The notes under the pieces: model-generated
What the model was told of the DNA's origin: nothing
Databases searched by the model: none
What the model saw: only the letters and a program-made list of their open reading frames with translations
DNA from: Chloroflexota bacterium
GTDB lineage: Bacteria > Chloroflexota > Dehalococcoidia > Lucifugimonadales > Lucifugimonadaceae
DNA length: 64,000 bases
Direction of reading: 5' to 3'
Assembly (NCBI GenBank): GCA_022564545.1
Contig: JADFLG010000002.1
Coordinates: 203 to 64,202 of the forward strand
Translations under genes and position numbers: made by a program
Part shown: in pieces, positions 48,844 to 57,129 of the stretch
Layout of the letters: each line of letters starts with the position of its first letter
How positions within the stretch are numbered: the stretch's first letter is position 1

Positions 48844-49569
48844 TTGAGGAGACCAGGCCAGGTGTTCAGGACAGTGAACCGAGATGCGTCGGAGCGCGGT
48901 ATTACCGGGCTTGAAACGGCGATCATCTTAATAGCATTTGTTGTCGTCGCTTCAGTGTTTGCGTTCACAGTGCTGTCGACCGGTATTTTCGCTTCAGAGA
49001 GGTCGAAAGAAACGGTATTTGCGGGTCTCCAGGAGGCAAAAAGTTCCCTCGAACCGCGGGGTGCGACTGTGGCTTACAAGGCCAACCGTGGCGGCACCGA
49101 CACTGTCTACAAGGTTTCGTTCATCGTTTCGAACGCAATTGACGGCGAGCCTGTCGACCTGACTCCCCCGTACACGGCCGATGGAGCCGCAACGGACCCG
49201 GATATTTCGAGTGGTGCCGAGTACAGGACAGTTATCTCATACAACGATCAGAACCAGTTCATGGCTGACGTCCCCTGGAGCGTGAACTGGCTTGGCAACG
49301 ACAACGGCGATAGTTTGCTCGAGGTCGGCGAGAAGGCCGAGATCAGCGTCTGGCTGTTGATTCGTGATACAACCCAGGCAATCGGCTCTGGCACGGCCAC
49401 CAGTTACTGGACTGCCGACGGCAACGGTGCACATGGCATTCTTTCGTCTGGGACGCTTCTTGACAAGAACGATAAGTTCACGCTCACCCTGGCACCCCCG
49501 TCAGGCGCGGTGTTGACCGTTGCGAGGACGCTGCCCGCTCGACTCGATGCGATCATGGATTTGAAGTGA
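48844..49569 (+). CDS. archaellin (archaeal flagellin ArlB/FlaB)-like protein with class III signal peptide
   Basis: N-terminus ...ERG|ITGLETAIILIAFVVVASVFAFTVLSTGIFASERSKETVFAGLQEAKSSLEPRG. It closely parallels crenarchaeal/thaumarchaeal archaellin N-termini (for example G-L-A-G-L-D-T-A-I-I-L-I-A-F...). Possible starts are TTG 48844, GTG 48862 and GTG 48874. Confidence 0.72.
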   Translation: MRRPGQVFRTVNRDASERGITGLETAIILIAFVVVASVFAFTVLSTGIFASERSKETVFAGLQEAKSSLEPRGATVAYKANRGGTDTVYKVSFIVSNAIDGEPVDLTPPYTADGAATDPDISSGAEYRTVISYNDQNQFMADVPWSVNWLGNDNGDSLLEVGEKAEISVWLLIRDTTQAIGSGTATSYWTADGNGAHGILSSGTLLDKNDKFTLTLAPPSGAVLTVARTLPARLDAIMDLK

Positions 49570-49638
49570 TGACCGACTGATTTGGTCCCAGGTTCGGGAT
49601 TGCCCCCCCCGTCCGGCTCCTGGTTTCCAGGTCTTCTG

Positions 49639-49681
49639 AAAAAAAACGGTCACTCTCATGCCCCTGAGAGTGACCGTTTTT
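49639..49681. terminator. bidirectional rho-independent terminator
   Basis: A8 run, a 13-bp perfect stem ACGGTCACTCTCA/TGAGAGTGACCGT with a 6-nt loop, then a T5 run. Confidence 0.8.
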
Positions 49682-49773
49682 GGTTTCTCAGAAACCGGCG
49701 CACACCCTTTCGATGGTATGCGCCCGGGAACGTTGGAATCGGAATGGTTAAAGCAGTGTTTGACGGGTTAAAC

Positions 49774-49814
49774 ACAACGGGTGCAGCCGAATGACCGCAC
49801 CCGTTGTTGGTTTT
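49774..49814. terminator. hairpin terminator downstream of the RRM gene
   Basis: ACAACGGGTGC ... GCACCCGTTGT stem with a 12-nt loop, with T-rich tracts on both strands. It lies 36 nt past the minus-strand stop at 49850. Confidence 0.5.
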
Positions 49815-49849
49815 GCCTGGTAGTTAGTGTTTGAACTACTTTCGCTGGC

Positions 49850-50170
49850 TTACCAGCGTTCTCGATGACCGCCACCACCACCGCCGCCGCCGCCGCGGTA
49901 TCCACCTCCACCACCACGAGGAGCCTGGTCCCGGGCCTCGTTTACAACGATTGGCCGGCCGTCAAGTTCAGTGCCGTTCATTTCTGAAACAGCCTGTTGT
50001 GCTGAACCTTCATCGTTGAAGGTTACAAAACCGAATCCACGTGACCTTCCAGTCTCGCGGTCGCTGATCACCTGTGCCTCTTCAATATCGCCGAACCGCT
50101 CGAAAGCTGTTCGGAGGCCGGCGGAATCCGTCGCCCAGGCCAGGCTACCAACAAATAACTTCTTACCCAT
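49850..50170 (-). CDS. RRM-type RNA-binding protein with Gly/Arg-rich tail
   Basis: 106 aa. RNP2 LFVGSL, RNP1 RGFGFVTF, and a C-terminal GGGGGYRGGGGGGGGG tail. Confidence 0.88.
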   Translation of the reverse strand: MGKKLFVGSLAWATDSAGLRTAFERFGDIEEAQVISDRETGRSRGFGFVTFNDEGSAQQAVSEMNGTELDGRPIVVNEARDQAPRGGGGGYRGGGGGGGGGHRERW

Positions 50171-50656
50171 AAATCAAGCCTCGTTCGTGGGAATCCCATC
50201 CAATGTTCACAGTTGAACATGTCCTAGTACCGTTCCGTACGGTTATCGTCCCACGTTCCGTTTTCGCGCCCTTCCGTAACTTGCACCGCAAAACATCATC
50301 CAGGTGATGCAGTTTCGCGATGCACCGACCGAGCGCATCTCCAAGAATAAACTTAGTTTCGCGACTTTGGGGTGTTTATTCACCAGAGCCCGGCTTTTGT
50401 ACAGGAAATTAGAGCAGAAGTGCTGGTTACTTGGCGGTCGTTACCAACGAATAGCGGCGGAAAACCTCTGTCGTGCGGGCATGAGACCGTCGATAACTTC
50501 ATCACCTTCGTCTTCCGGGTCCGCGTATGAATGTGTTCGCGAGTGGTTTGCGGCCGGTGAGTTGCGACCAACGGCTTGCGGCCAATGGCTTGCGGCCAGA
50601 CGAAACGGTCATTACGGTTCATGCATGGCGTTTCCGGCTTAACATTTGCGTTTTAG

Positions 50657-50757
50657 TAACTATCCCAAAACACGTTACGGATCGAGTTATTAGATAGACG
50701 GGCATGCGTGGACAATTCCTTCTCCTTGGAGAGACGGGGTTTTGAGATAGTTTCTTA
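50657..50757. repeat. palindromic MITE/REP-like element, copy 2 (~101 bp)
   Basis: GTAACTATCCCAAAAC...GACGGGCATGCGTGG...GTTTTGAGATAGTTTCTTAG. Same orientation and layout as copy 1. Confidence 0.8.
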
Positions 50758-50905
50758 GCGATTCCGCATGCCAGATCAGACGGTAACTTTCTGGACAGTC
50801 GTTCGATCTGTCCATAAAAACGGCCAACAGGCAGCGGTTTTATGTGGACCAACGGGCACAGAAAACGGTGCTTGCGCCTGAAAACAGTGTTTGCAAAGGA
50901 GTGAA

Positions 50906-51643
50906 ATGGTTCAAACGAACGACATTGAGCGACCCTCAAAAGAGCTGATCGCAAAGTTCGAGCACATCAGTGCAGCTACCGCTGCGGGCGATCTCAACAA
51001 GATGGGGATCAGGAACGCGTTTATCCAGGGACCCTTGCCGTTCACGCCCGGTAAGAAAGTCGTTGGTCCTGCGCTGACGCTGCAGTTCATGCCAAAGCGT
51101 GAAGACGTGTACCCGGAGGGCGAGTACGTTGAGCCAGAAACCCAACTGCACCGCCACGCCCTGTACAACACGCAGCCGGGCGACCTGATAGTTGTCGATG
51201 CGCTCGGCAGCATGACCAGCGGCGTGTTTGGCAACATGATGCTCACTTACTTCCATGGGCAGGGCGGCATCGGCGCGATTATCGACGGCTGCATCCGGGA
51301 CTACCCTGAGAGCAAGGACATCGGCCCGGGACTCTGGTTGAAGGGCGTTACGCCAAACTTCCACACTCAAACGGAGATGATGCCCTTCGCCGTTAACGTT
51401 CCGATCAACTGTTCGGGGACGTTTGTGAAACCCGGCGACATTATCATCGCCGATGACGACGGTGCGGTCGTCGTGCCGATTCAGCTTGCCGAAGAACTGG
51501 CCGAGAAGGGCCAGGTACATGCCGAGTGGGAAGAGTTCAGCCGCGAGAAGCTGGAACAGGGTGGCGATCTGCGCCGCTACTACCCGCTTACGGACGAGGC
51601 CCGTCCCGAATACGAAGAGTGGAAGAAAACACACGGGAAATAA
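50906..51643 (+). CDS. RraA family protein (RraA / HMG-CHA aldolase-like)
   Basis: Motifs: GPALTLQF, QPGDLIVVD, GVFGNMM, AIIDGCIRD, GDIIIADDDGAVVVP. ATG 50906 has GGAG upstream. Confidence 0.8.
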   Translation: MVQTNDIERPSKELIAKFEHISAATAAGDLNKMGIRNAFIQGPLPFTPGKKVVGPALTLQFMPKREDVYPEGEYVEPETQLHRHALYNTQPGDLIVVDALGSMTSGVFGNMMLTYFHGQGGIGAIIDGCIRDYPESKDIGPGLWLKGVTPNFHTQTEMMPFAVNVPINCSGTFVKPGDIIIADDDGAVVVPIQLAEELAEKGQVHAEWEEFSREKLEQGGDLRRYYPLTDEARPEYEEWKKTHGK

Positions 51644-51720
51644 GGCGTTGGTCGGGCCCGAGGTTGCCGGTCCACCACTCACGACCGGAATACACCGGTT
51701 CAACATACAAGGGTTAGGGA

Positions 51721-51960
51721 GTGGGTTGGAACTCGCAATCGGGAACAACTTCTGTCTTTCTGTCTGACAGAATCCTGACGCGTCTCTTCAACGGAGTTGC
51801 CCGCAGGCAGGGGCCGGGGCGGTTCATGCCGTGGACTGGCCTGATCGATCGAGTAGATATCGAGGCTGACGGGAAGTTTCTTATCGCGCGCATCTACTTT
51901 ACTCAGACCGGTGGTCTGGGTTCGTTGCTGCCTCCAAACACGTTGCTGGTGCATGAGTAG
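51721..51960 (+). pseudogene. 3'-terminal remnant of a paralogue of the downstream 500-aa lipoprotein gene
   Basis: The translated tail ...WTGLIDRVDIEADGKFLIARIYFTQTGGLGSLLPPNTLLVHE* aligns with the C-terminus of the 51985..53487 product (...WAYLTDRIEIQTSDRFLIARLYFTERRTARLLEFSNNLLVQED...). Confidence 0.6.
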
Positions 51961-51984
51961 GTCTCAGCGGGAACAGGCATCAAG

Positions 51985-53487
51985 ATGAGTTGCAGAGTTC
52001 GATCGGGGGTTACCTCGTTGGTTCGAATCAGAAAAATATCGACTGCGATGATCGCTGTGGCGCTTTCACTGATTGCACTTCTTGTTAGTGCCTGTGGCTC
52101 GGGCTCCCGAGTGGCTGCGCCCAGTAATGACAACGAGATTCCAGTTGAAGTTGTGATTGTGGAAGTTACGACCGAACCCGAGGCAACAAGAGAACGTAAT
52201 TTGTTCGTGCCGGAACCAACGAGCACGCCGGAGCGATCGGCAATAGTTGTAGAGACTTCCACACGTCTCGTCCTGTCGACTCCTGATCCTGAGAGCACTC
52301 CAACACCGCCCGATCCAACAAGAAGAGAGCCCACAAGTAATTTCACCGTTCACGATTTGGACGTTGAACCTCTTGTCGGTTCGGTTTTCGAAACTCTGCT
52401 ATCGAAGATGCCTGATAACGAAGTCACTCGGGCGTACACACGTATGGGCGATGTGGCTGGCGTGATCGACGCACTCGGGTTGTCGCCTTTAGCACAAGAC
52501 GAATCGGGTGAAGAAATTTTAAATATCCGCGCGAGGCTCGATACGGACGATTTTTATCCGCCGTGGTGGCAGTGGCCCATAGAAGCTCGAGATTACGTAG
52601 GCAGTTACAACTGGTATCCAGATCTGGCTTTCAACGGGAATAGTGTTGAGCAGTTCGCCCATTCGAATAGTCAGTTTCGGTTTTTCGGTGGCGAACGCCC
52701 GTTCACGTCATATGACGTCGCACTTGGGGATTTCAGCGGTTCAGCAACTTTAGCCGCCATTGCTGCATGTGACTGTGAACAGCCAGAAATTCGTGAGTAC
52801 TCAGGAGTGGAGTACTACGCCTGGGGCGAAGGCGATGGCATTGGTGAGCTTCGAGAACGCCACAAAAGACCGATGTTCGACCACATAGGCCGTGGTCCGC
52901 ATCTGCTTGTGCTCGACGGTGAGGCGTACTACTCGATACGTGATGGCGTGATCGACGAGCACGTCGACGTGATTCAAGGCAAGAAATCGTCGCTCGCTGA
53001 TGTCGAAGACATTGTGATCGCAGTACAACTTGTGTCGTCTCTGGGTCTCACCAGCGAAATCGTTGTTCGCGACTTTGGATTCACCCTCAAACAAACTTTT
53101 GAAGGCTTCCGAGGGCAGGAAAGTGAAGAGGAGATCGTTGGTGGTGTGCCGCTGCTTCTGCCGATGGAATTAGTTGCAACCAGTGTTGGGTATGACGGTA
53201 ACCGAATGTTCACGGGATTAGCCATTTTGCACGATTCTTCGTCGAGTGCAGAGGAAAACGTCGAACGATTGCTGGCTCGATTCGAGGTCGCTGTATCTAC
53301 CAGCTATCTGGCGAAACCTGAGCGAACTTGGGCATACCTGACAGATCGAATAGAGATTCAAACATCAGACCGGTTTTTGATTGCCAGGCTGTATTTCACG
53401 GAACGCCGCACAGCAAGGTTGCTGGAGTTCTCAAACAATCTGTTGGTGCAGGAAGACCAGAATGACGGCAGAAGAAGAAACGATTGA
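51985..53487 (+). CDS. hypothetical lipoprotein (500 aa)
   Basis: Signal plus lipobox (...IAVALSLIALLVSAC), then a T/P/E-rich linker. No family recognised. Confidence 0.7.
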   Translation: MSCRVRSGVTSLVRIRKISTAMIAVALSLIALLVSACGSGSRVAAPSNDNEIPVEVVIVEVTTEPEATRERNLFVPEPTSTPERSAIVVETSTRLVLSTPDPESTPTPPDPTRREPTSNFTVHDLDVEPLVGSVFETLLSKMPDNEVTRAYTRMGDVAGVIDALGLSPLAQDESGEEILNIRARLDTDDFYPPWWQWPIEARDYVGSYNWYPDLAFNGNSVEQFAHSNSQFRFFGGERPFTSYDVALGDFSGSATLAAIAACDCEQPEIREYSGVEYYAWGEGDGIGELRERHKRPMFDHIGRGPHLLVLDGEAYYSIRDGVIDEHVDVIQGKKSSLADVEDIVIAVQLVSSLGLTSEIVVRDFGFTLKQTFEGFRGQESEEEIVGGVPLLLPMELVATSVGYDGNRMFTGLAILHDSSSSAEENVERLLARFEVAVSTSYLAKPERTWAYLTDRIEIQTSDRFLIARLYFTERRTARLLEFSNNLLVQEDQNDGRRRND

Positions 53488-53611
53488 AACTACTCGAGCC
53501 ACTTGAACCGAATCGAAGTGCGAAGAGGCGTTCTTTTAGTACTGGTGCTGGCGTTCGCGTATTTCAATCGGGAACGAGTTCTTCATTTCGGGCTTAATGG
53601 CCAATTAAGCC

Positions 53612-53827
53612 CATTACGAGGAGTCCGACGACGTGGCAATCAGCTCACAAAGGTGATTGCCACGCGATTCGGCCTGCTCCATATCAATTTCTTCACCCCC
53701 GCTGCCTGTGTCCATGCCCTGCCGGGGGGACTAGAGACGGGTATCCGCCACCCTGAAGATAACGCGACCCTGGGAAGTGTGTCCGCTCGTTGCAGGTGAT
53801 TGCCACGTCGTCGGACTCCCCGCAATG
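53612..53827. repeat. 31-bp inverted repeat pair (29/31) enclosing ~154 bp, with a third competing half-site
   Basis: 53612-53642 is CATTACGAGGAGTCCGACGACGTGGCAATCA. It is the reverse complement of 53797-53827 apart from 2 mismatches. AGGTGATTGCCACG also occurs at 53651-53664. Confidence 0.85.
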
Positions 53828-53970
53828 ACATTGGTAGATCTCGGCGGTACGGGCTAGGCCGTTCTACAGATCTCGAGTATTGAGTTATCAAGGTTTCGAC
53901 TGTACGCTTCCGCCCCAGTGGTCCCAGAGATCACCACCGATAATCACCGAAGCATTTTCTGGACAGCAAA

Positions 53971-55053
53971 ATGAAACCTGGGTTTTTCACAATGCCCCTG
54001 CACCCGCCGGGCGCCAATTTGACAGAGACGCTGAAGTCCGATCTCGACCAGATCGTCAAGCTGGACGAGCTGGGCTACACAGAGGCGTGGATAGGCGAGC
54101 ACTTCACTGCCGAGTGGGAAAACATCCCATCGCCGGAACTGTTCATTGCCCAGGCGATAGGCGTGACGAAGAACATCAGGCTCGGCACGGGCGTGACGTG
54201 CATGCCGAACCACGACCCGTTCGTTCTCGCGCACCGGATCGCACAGCTGGATCACATGGCAGAGGGCCGGTTCAACTGGGGTATCGGAACGGGAAGTTTT
54301 CCTGGAGACACGCAGGTCTTCGGGTATGACGAAGACGGCGGCGTGGACGCCAGCGAGTTTACACGTGAGGCACTCCAGACGATCTTGAAGATCTGGGACA
54401 ACCCGGAGCCGGGCCTGTATGAGTCAAAATGGTGGAAGTTCAGGATTCCAGAACCAGACGCCGTTATCGGGATGCGAGCGCATATCACGCCGTATCAGAA
54501 GCCTCACCCACCGATTGGAGTAGCCGGTGTTTCTCCGAATTCGCCAACGCTGAAGATGGCAGGCAAATTTGGCTGGATTCCGATGAGCATTAACCTTGCT
54601 CCTCCAAATCAGATCAGCACGCACTGGGCCTCGATCGAAGAGGGCGCGCTCGAGGCTGGCAAAGTACCTGACCGATCGTTGTGGCGGGTAGCGAGAGAGG
54701 TCTTCATTGCCGACACGACTGCCGAGGCACGCCGATCAGTGCACGAGGGGACGATGGGACGTGATTTCGAGGAATACTTCGTGCCGATGCTGACGAAAGT
54801 CGAAAGGTTGGCGATCATGAAGAACGACCCCGACATGCCGGACTCGGACGTTACTATCGACTACCTGATCGACAACGTGTTTATCGTCGGCAGCGCGGAT
54901 GAGGTGACACAGAAGCTGAACGACCTGAACGGCGAACTTGGCGGGTTCGGGACGCTGCTCGCAATGGGCCACGAGTGGGACCCATACGAGGCGTGGTACG
55001 AATCGATGTCAGCGCTGGCGAAGGAAGTGCTGCCAAAGGTGGGCCAGGCGTGA
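53971..55053 (+). CDS. LLM-class (luciferase-like) flavin-dependent oxidoreductase
   Basis: 360 aa. MKPGFFTMPLHPPG...LGYTEAWIGEHF... Confidence 0.82.
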   Translation: MKPGFFTMPLHPPGANLTETLKSDLDQIVKLDELGYTEAWIGEHFTAEWENIPSPELFIAQAIGVTKNIRLGTGVTCMPNHDPFVLAHRIAQLDHMAEGRFNWGIGTGSFPGDTQVFGYDEDGGVDASEFTREALQTILKIWDNPEPGLYESKWWKFRIPEPDAVIGMRAHITPYQKPHPPIGVAGVSPNSPTLKMAGKFGWIPMSINLAPPNQISTHWASIEEGALEAGKVPDRSLWRVAREVFIADTTAEARRSVHEGTMGRDFEEYFVPMLTKVERLAIMKNDPDMPDSDVTIDYLIDNVFIVGSADEVTQKLNDLNGELGGFGTLLAMGHEWDPYEAWYESMSALAKEVLPKVGQA

Positions 55054-55097
55054 GTCAGGCCCGGCCAGGGGAGGCTAAGAACTCCTCGCAACGACAA

Positions 55098-55202
55098 TCA
55101 ACGACGAGGATCCTGTTCGTTTGCCCGTGAAGTATTTGGGAACCACAACCGATACCAGGGTCGCCAGATTTCGCCATCGACGATGAGTCCCTTGATGGCC
55201 GC
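55098..55202 (-). pseudogene. 3'-end fragment copy of the GDYXXLXY-protein gene
   Basis: Manual translation gives AAIKGLIVDGEIW..., against AAIKELIVDGEVWVR* at the end of 56488..57129. An in-frame TGA lies immediately upstream. Only about 13 codons are homologous. Confidence 0.6.
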
Positions 55203-55204
55203 TC
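55166..55204. repeat. 39-bp direct repeat, left copy
   Basis: AGATTTCGCCATCGACGATGAGTCCCTTGATGGCCGCTC, matching 56499-56537 at 35/39 positions. Confidence 0.85.
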
Positions 55205-55262
55205 AGCATCGTGCCCGACCTCCTCGCGTCTTTCGCAACTCGGAAATTTTGGGGGAAACTGA

Positions 55263-56345
55263 ATGTCAAAGGTCAGAGTTGGATTTATCGGGGCCGGTCG
55301 TATTGCGGACCTTCATGCTCGGGGATACGCAAATAATCCGACGGGAACGTTGTTCGCGGTGGCCGATTCGTCGCCTGGCCGGGCCGAAACGCGAGCGACT
55401 GAGTGGCACGCCGACCGGTCATATGAGGACTATCGAGAGATGCTGGCCGACCCCGATGTAGACGCGGTCGAGATTCTTCTGCCTCACTTCCTGCACAGAG
55501 AGGTCGCGATTTCGGCGCTGGAGGCGGGGAAGCATGTCTCTTTGCAGAAGCCAATGGGTGTGAATCTGCATGAAGCGGACGCCATTTGTGAAGCTGCATC
55601 TAAGGCAAACGTGGTCTTCCGGGTGTTTGATAATTTTTTAAGTTATGAGCCGTACCGGGTGGCGAAGAAACTGATCGATGAAGGCGAGATCGGCGACCCG
55701 CTCACGTTTCGAATAAATGTTGTGACCGGGAAGGGCGTAGGCGGGTGGGAAGTGCACGACGAGGCCGATTTGTGGCGCGCCATCCCGGCTCAGAGCGGCG
55801 GGACTCCAGCGATTCTGGACCTTGGCGCACACATGGCGGCGTCCATCTATTTCTTCATGGGCCCCGTAGAACGTGTTCACACCTTCAGCGACCTCGATAT
55901 TAACCGGGGTAGTCTGTTCCATGGATCGCCAGCAATGATCACTTTCGAATTCGAGGGAAAGTCCGACGGAGCACAGCGGTTCGGATCGTGGGCCATGACA
56001 CATGCCCCGGAGTTGGAGATTCCGACTGACTATTACCCCGATGACGAGATGATCGAGATTGTCGGCACGCGGGGCATCGTCTGGATCAACCGGTGTTCCG
56101 CGAAGCTTCTGGACGCGCCCCCTGTGAGCCTGTTGCGGGACGGCAAAACCCGGCATTTTGAGGACATGGAAGTGGACTGGGGCGATTCGTTCCGCGTTGG
56201 TGGCGAGGAGTTCACCGACGCGATTGCGAACGGTGGCCAGGTCGATATGTCGGCGGAACTTGCCCGAGCGGTGTTGTCATTCCAGAGGGCGGCAATTTTG
56301 AGCGGGGAAGAGCATCGAGAAGTGACTGTCGCAGAAATGGGGTAG
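55263..56345 (+). CDS. Gfo/Idh/MocA family oxidoreductase
   Basis: 360 aa. N-terminal Rossmann motif VGFIGAGRIADLH. Confidence 0.85.
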   Translation: MSKVRVGFIGAGRIADLHARGYANNPTGTLFAVADSSPGRAETRATEWHADRSYEDYREMLADPDVDAVEILLPHFLHREVAISALEAGKHVSLQKPMGVNLHEADAICEAASKANVVFRVFDNFLSYEPYRVAKKLIDEGEIGDPLTFRINVVTGKGVGGWEVHDEADLWRAIPAQSGGTPAILDLGAHMAASIYFFMGPVERVHTFSDLDINRGSLFHGSPAMITFEFEGKSDGAQRFGSWAMTHAPELEIPTDYYPDDEMIEIVGTRGIVWINRCSAKLLDAPPVSLLRDGKTRHFEDMEVDWGDSFRVGGEEFTDAIANGGQVDMSAELARAVLSFQRAAILSGEEHREVTVAEMG

Positions 56346-56487
56346 TGGCTCCACGGAAATGGCGATCGACATGGCTCGGGGAAAGCCATCGTCTCGGCCT
56401 GTCATGATGCCGACTTACGCCCCGGCCCTGACGTGCCCCGCGGAGCTTCCTGATGTCGCCCAAGTGCGGCCTCGGCACGCCCGGCGA

Positions 56488-57129
56488 CTAACGCACCCAG
56501 ACTTCGCCATCGACGATGAGTTCCTTGATGGCGGCTGTTCCGGAGCGGTTGATCGAGACCCTGACCTTGACATCGTCGGCACGCTCGATTGCGAGGCCCT
56601 CGCCTTCCGGCACGAAATACTGCTCGATGCCGTATTCGACCGTGATCGTGTTGCCTCGTTTTTGGGTCACGCGGCCCTTGATAAACAGGTCGGTTTCGGG
56701 TGAAGGCCCGCCTGTTTGCACGAACAGCATCTTGATCCCGTCATCGTCGTCGCCTGGCAGGCCAACGTACACGGTGTCGCCTTCATTTATTTCGCCCAGT
56801 AAGAGATGTGTCTTTGAGGTTGGAACGATTTCGATCCTGGGAGGCGGTCTGATTTCGCCGTCCGCGGGAGTGTCGTTTTCGCCACCCTCCGGCGGAACCG
56901 GTCGGCCTTCTCCAGGCGGAACGTTTTCAGCAGTGCCAAGCGTGGTGATCTCGTAACGCAACACCACGAACTCGCCGCGGAACAGATCGCGCGGGTCTAC
57001 GGGGACTGTCTGCAACACGGCGGTCCTGCCCAGGGTAAGGATCGTCTCCCTGTACCCGACAATGCCGAGCAAGAAAACGACCTGCAGAGCTATCACGACA
57101 ATGAAGAGGCGTTTGACCTTAGGCGTCAC
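56488..57129 (-). CDS. GDYXXLXY domain-containing protein
   Basis: 213 aa. N-terminal TM helix and the motif DPRDLFRGEFVVLRYEI. Confidence 0.8.
   Translation of the reverse strand: MTPKVKRLFIVVIALQVVFLLGIVGYRETILTLGRTAVLQTVPVDPRDLFRGEFVVLRYEITTLGTAENVPPGEGRPVPPEGGENDTPADGEIRPPPRIEIVPTSKTHLLLGEINEGDTVYVGLPGDDDDGIKMLFVQTGGPSPETDLFIKGRVTQKRGNTITVEYGIEQYFVPEGEGLAIERADDVKVRVSINRSGTAAIKELIVDGEVWVR
56499..56537. repeat. 39-bp direct repeat, right copy (inside the GDYXXLXY gene 3' end)
   Basis: AGACTTCGCCATCGACGATGAGTTCCTTGATGGCGGCTG. Confidence 0.85.

Noticed and set aside
49613-49620. C8 homopolymer just downstream of the archaellin-like gene, considered as a phase-variation tract.
   Set aside because: It lies 44 nt after the stop codon and before the terminator, so slippage would not change any reading frame or an obvious promoter spacing.
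53690-53790. TPP-riboswitch-like strings (CTAGAGA ... ACCCTGAAGATAAC ... GCGACCCTGGGAAG) inside the inverted-repeat region.
   Set aside because: The resemblance to the THI-box consensus is only fuzzy and the pairing is wrong. The downstream gene (an LLM oxidoreductase) has no thiamine link.
53503-53891. Track ORFs 53503..53799 (plus strand) and 53640..53891 (minus strand) sharing the peptide RGVRRRGN.
   Set aside because: The shared peptide is a by-product of the 31-bp inverted repeat, and neither ORF has coding-like features.
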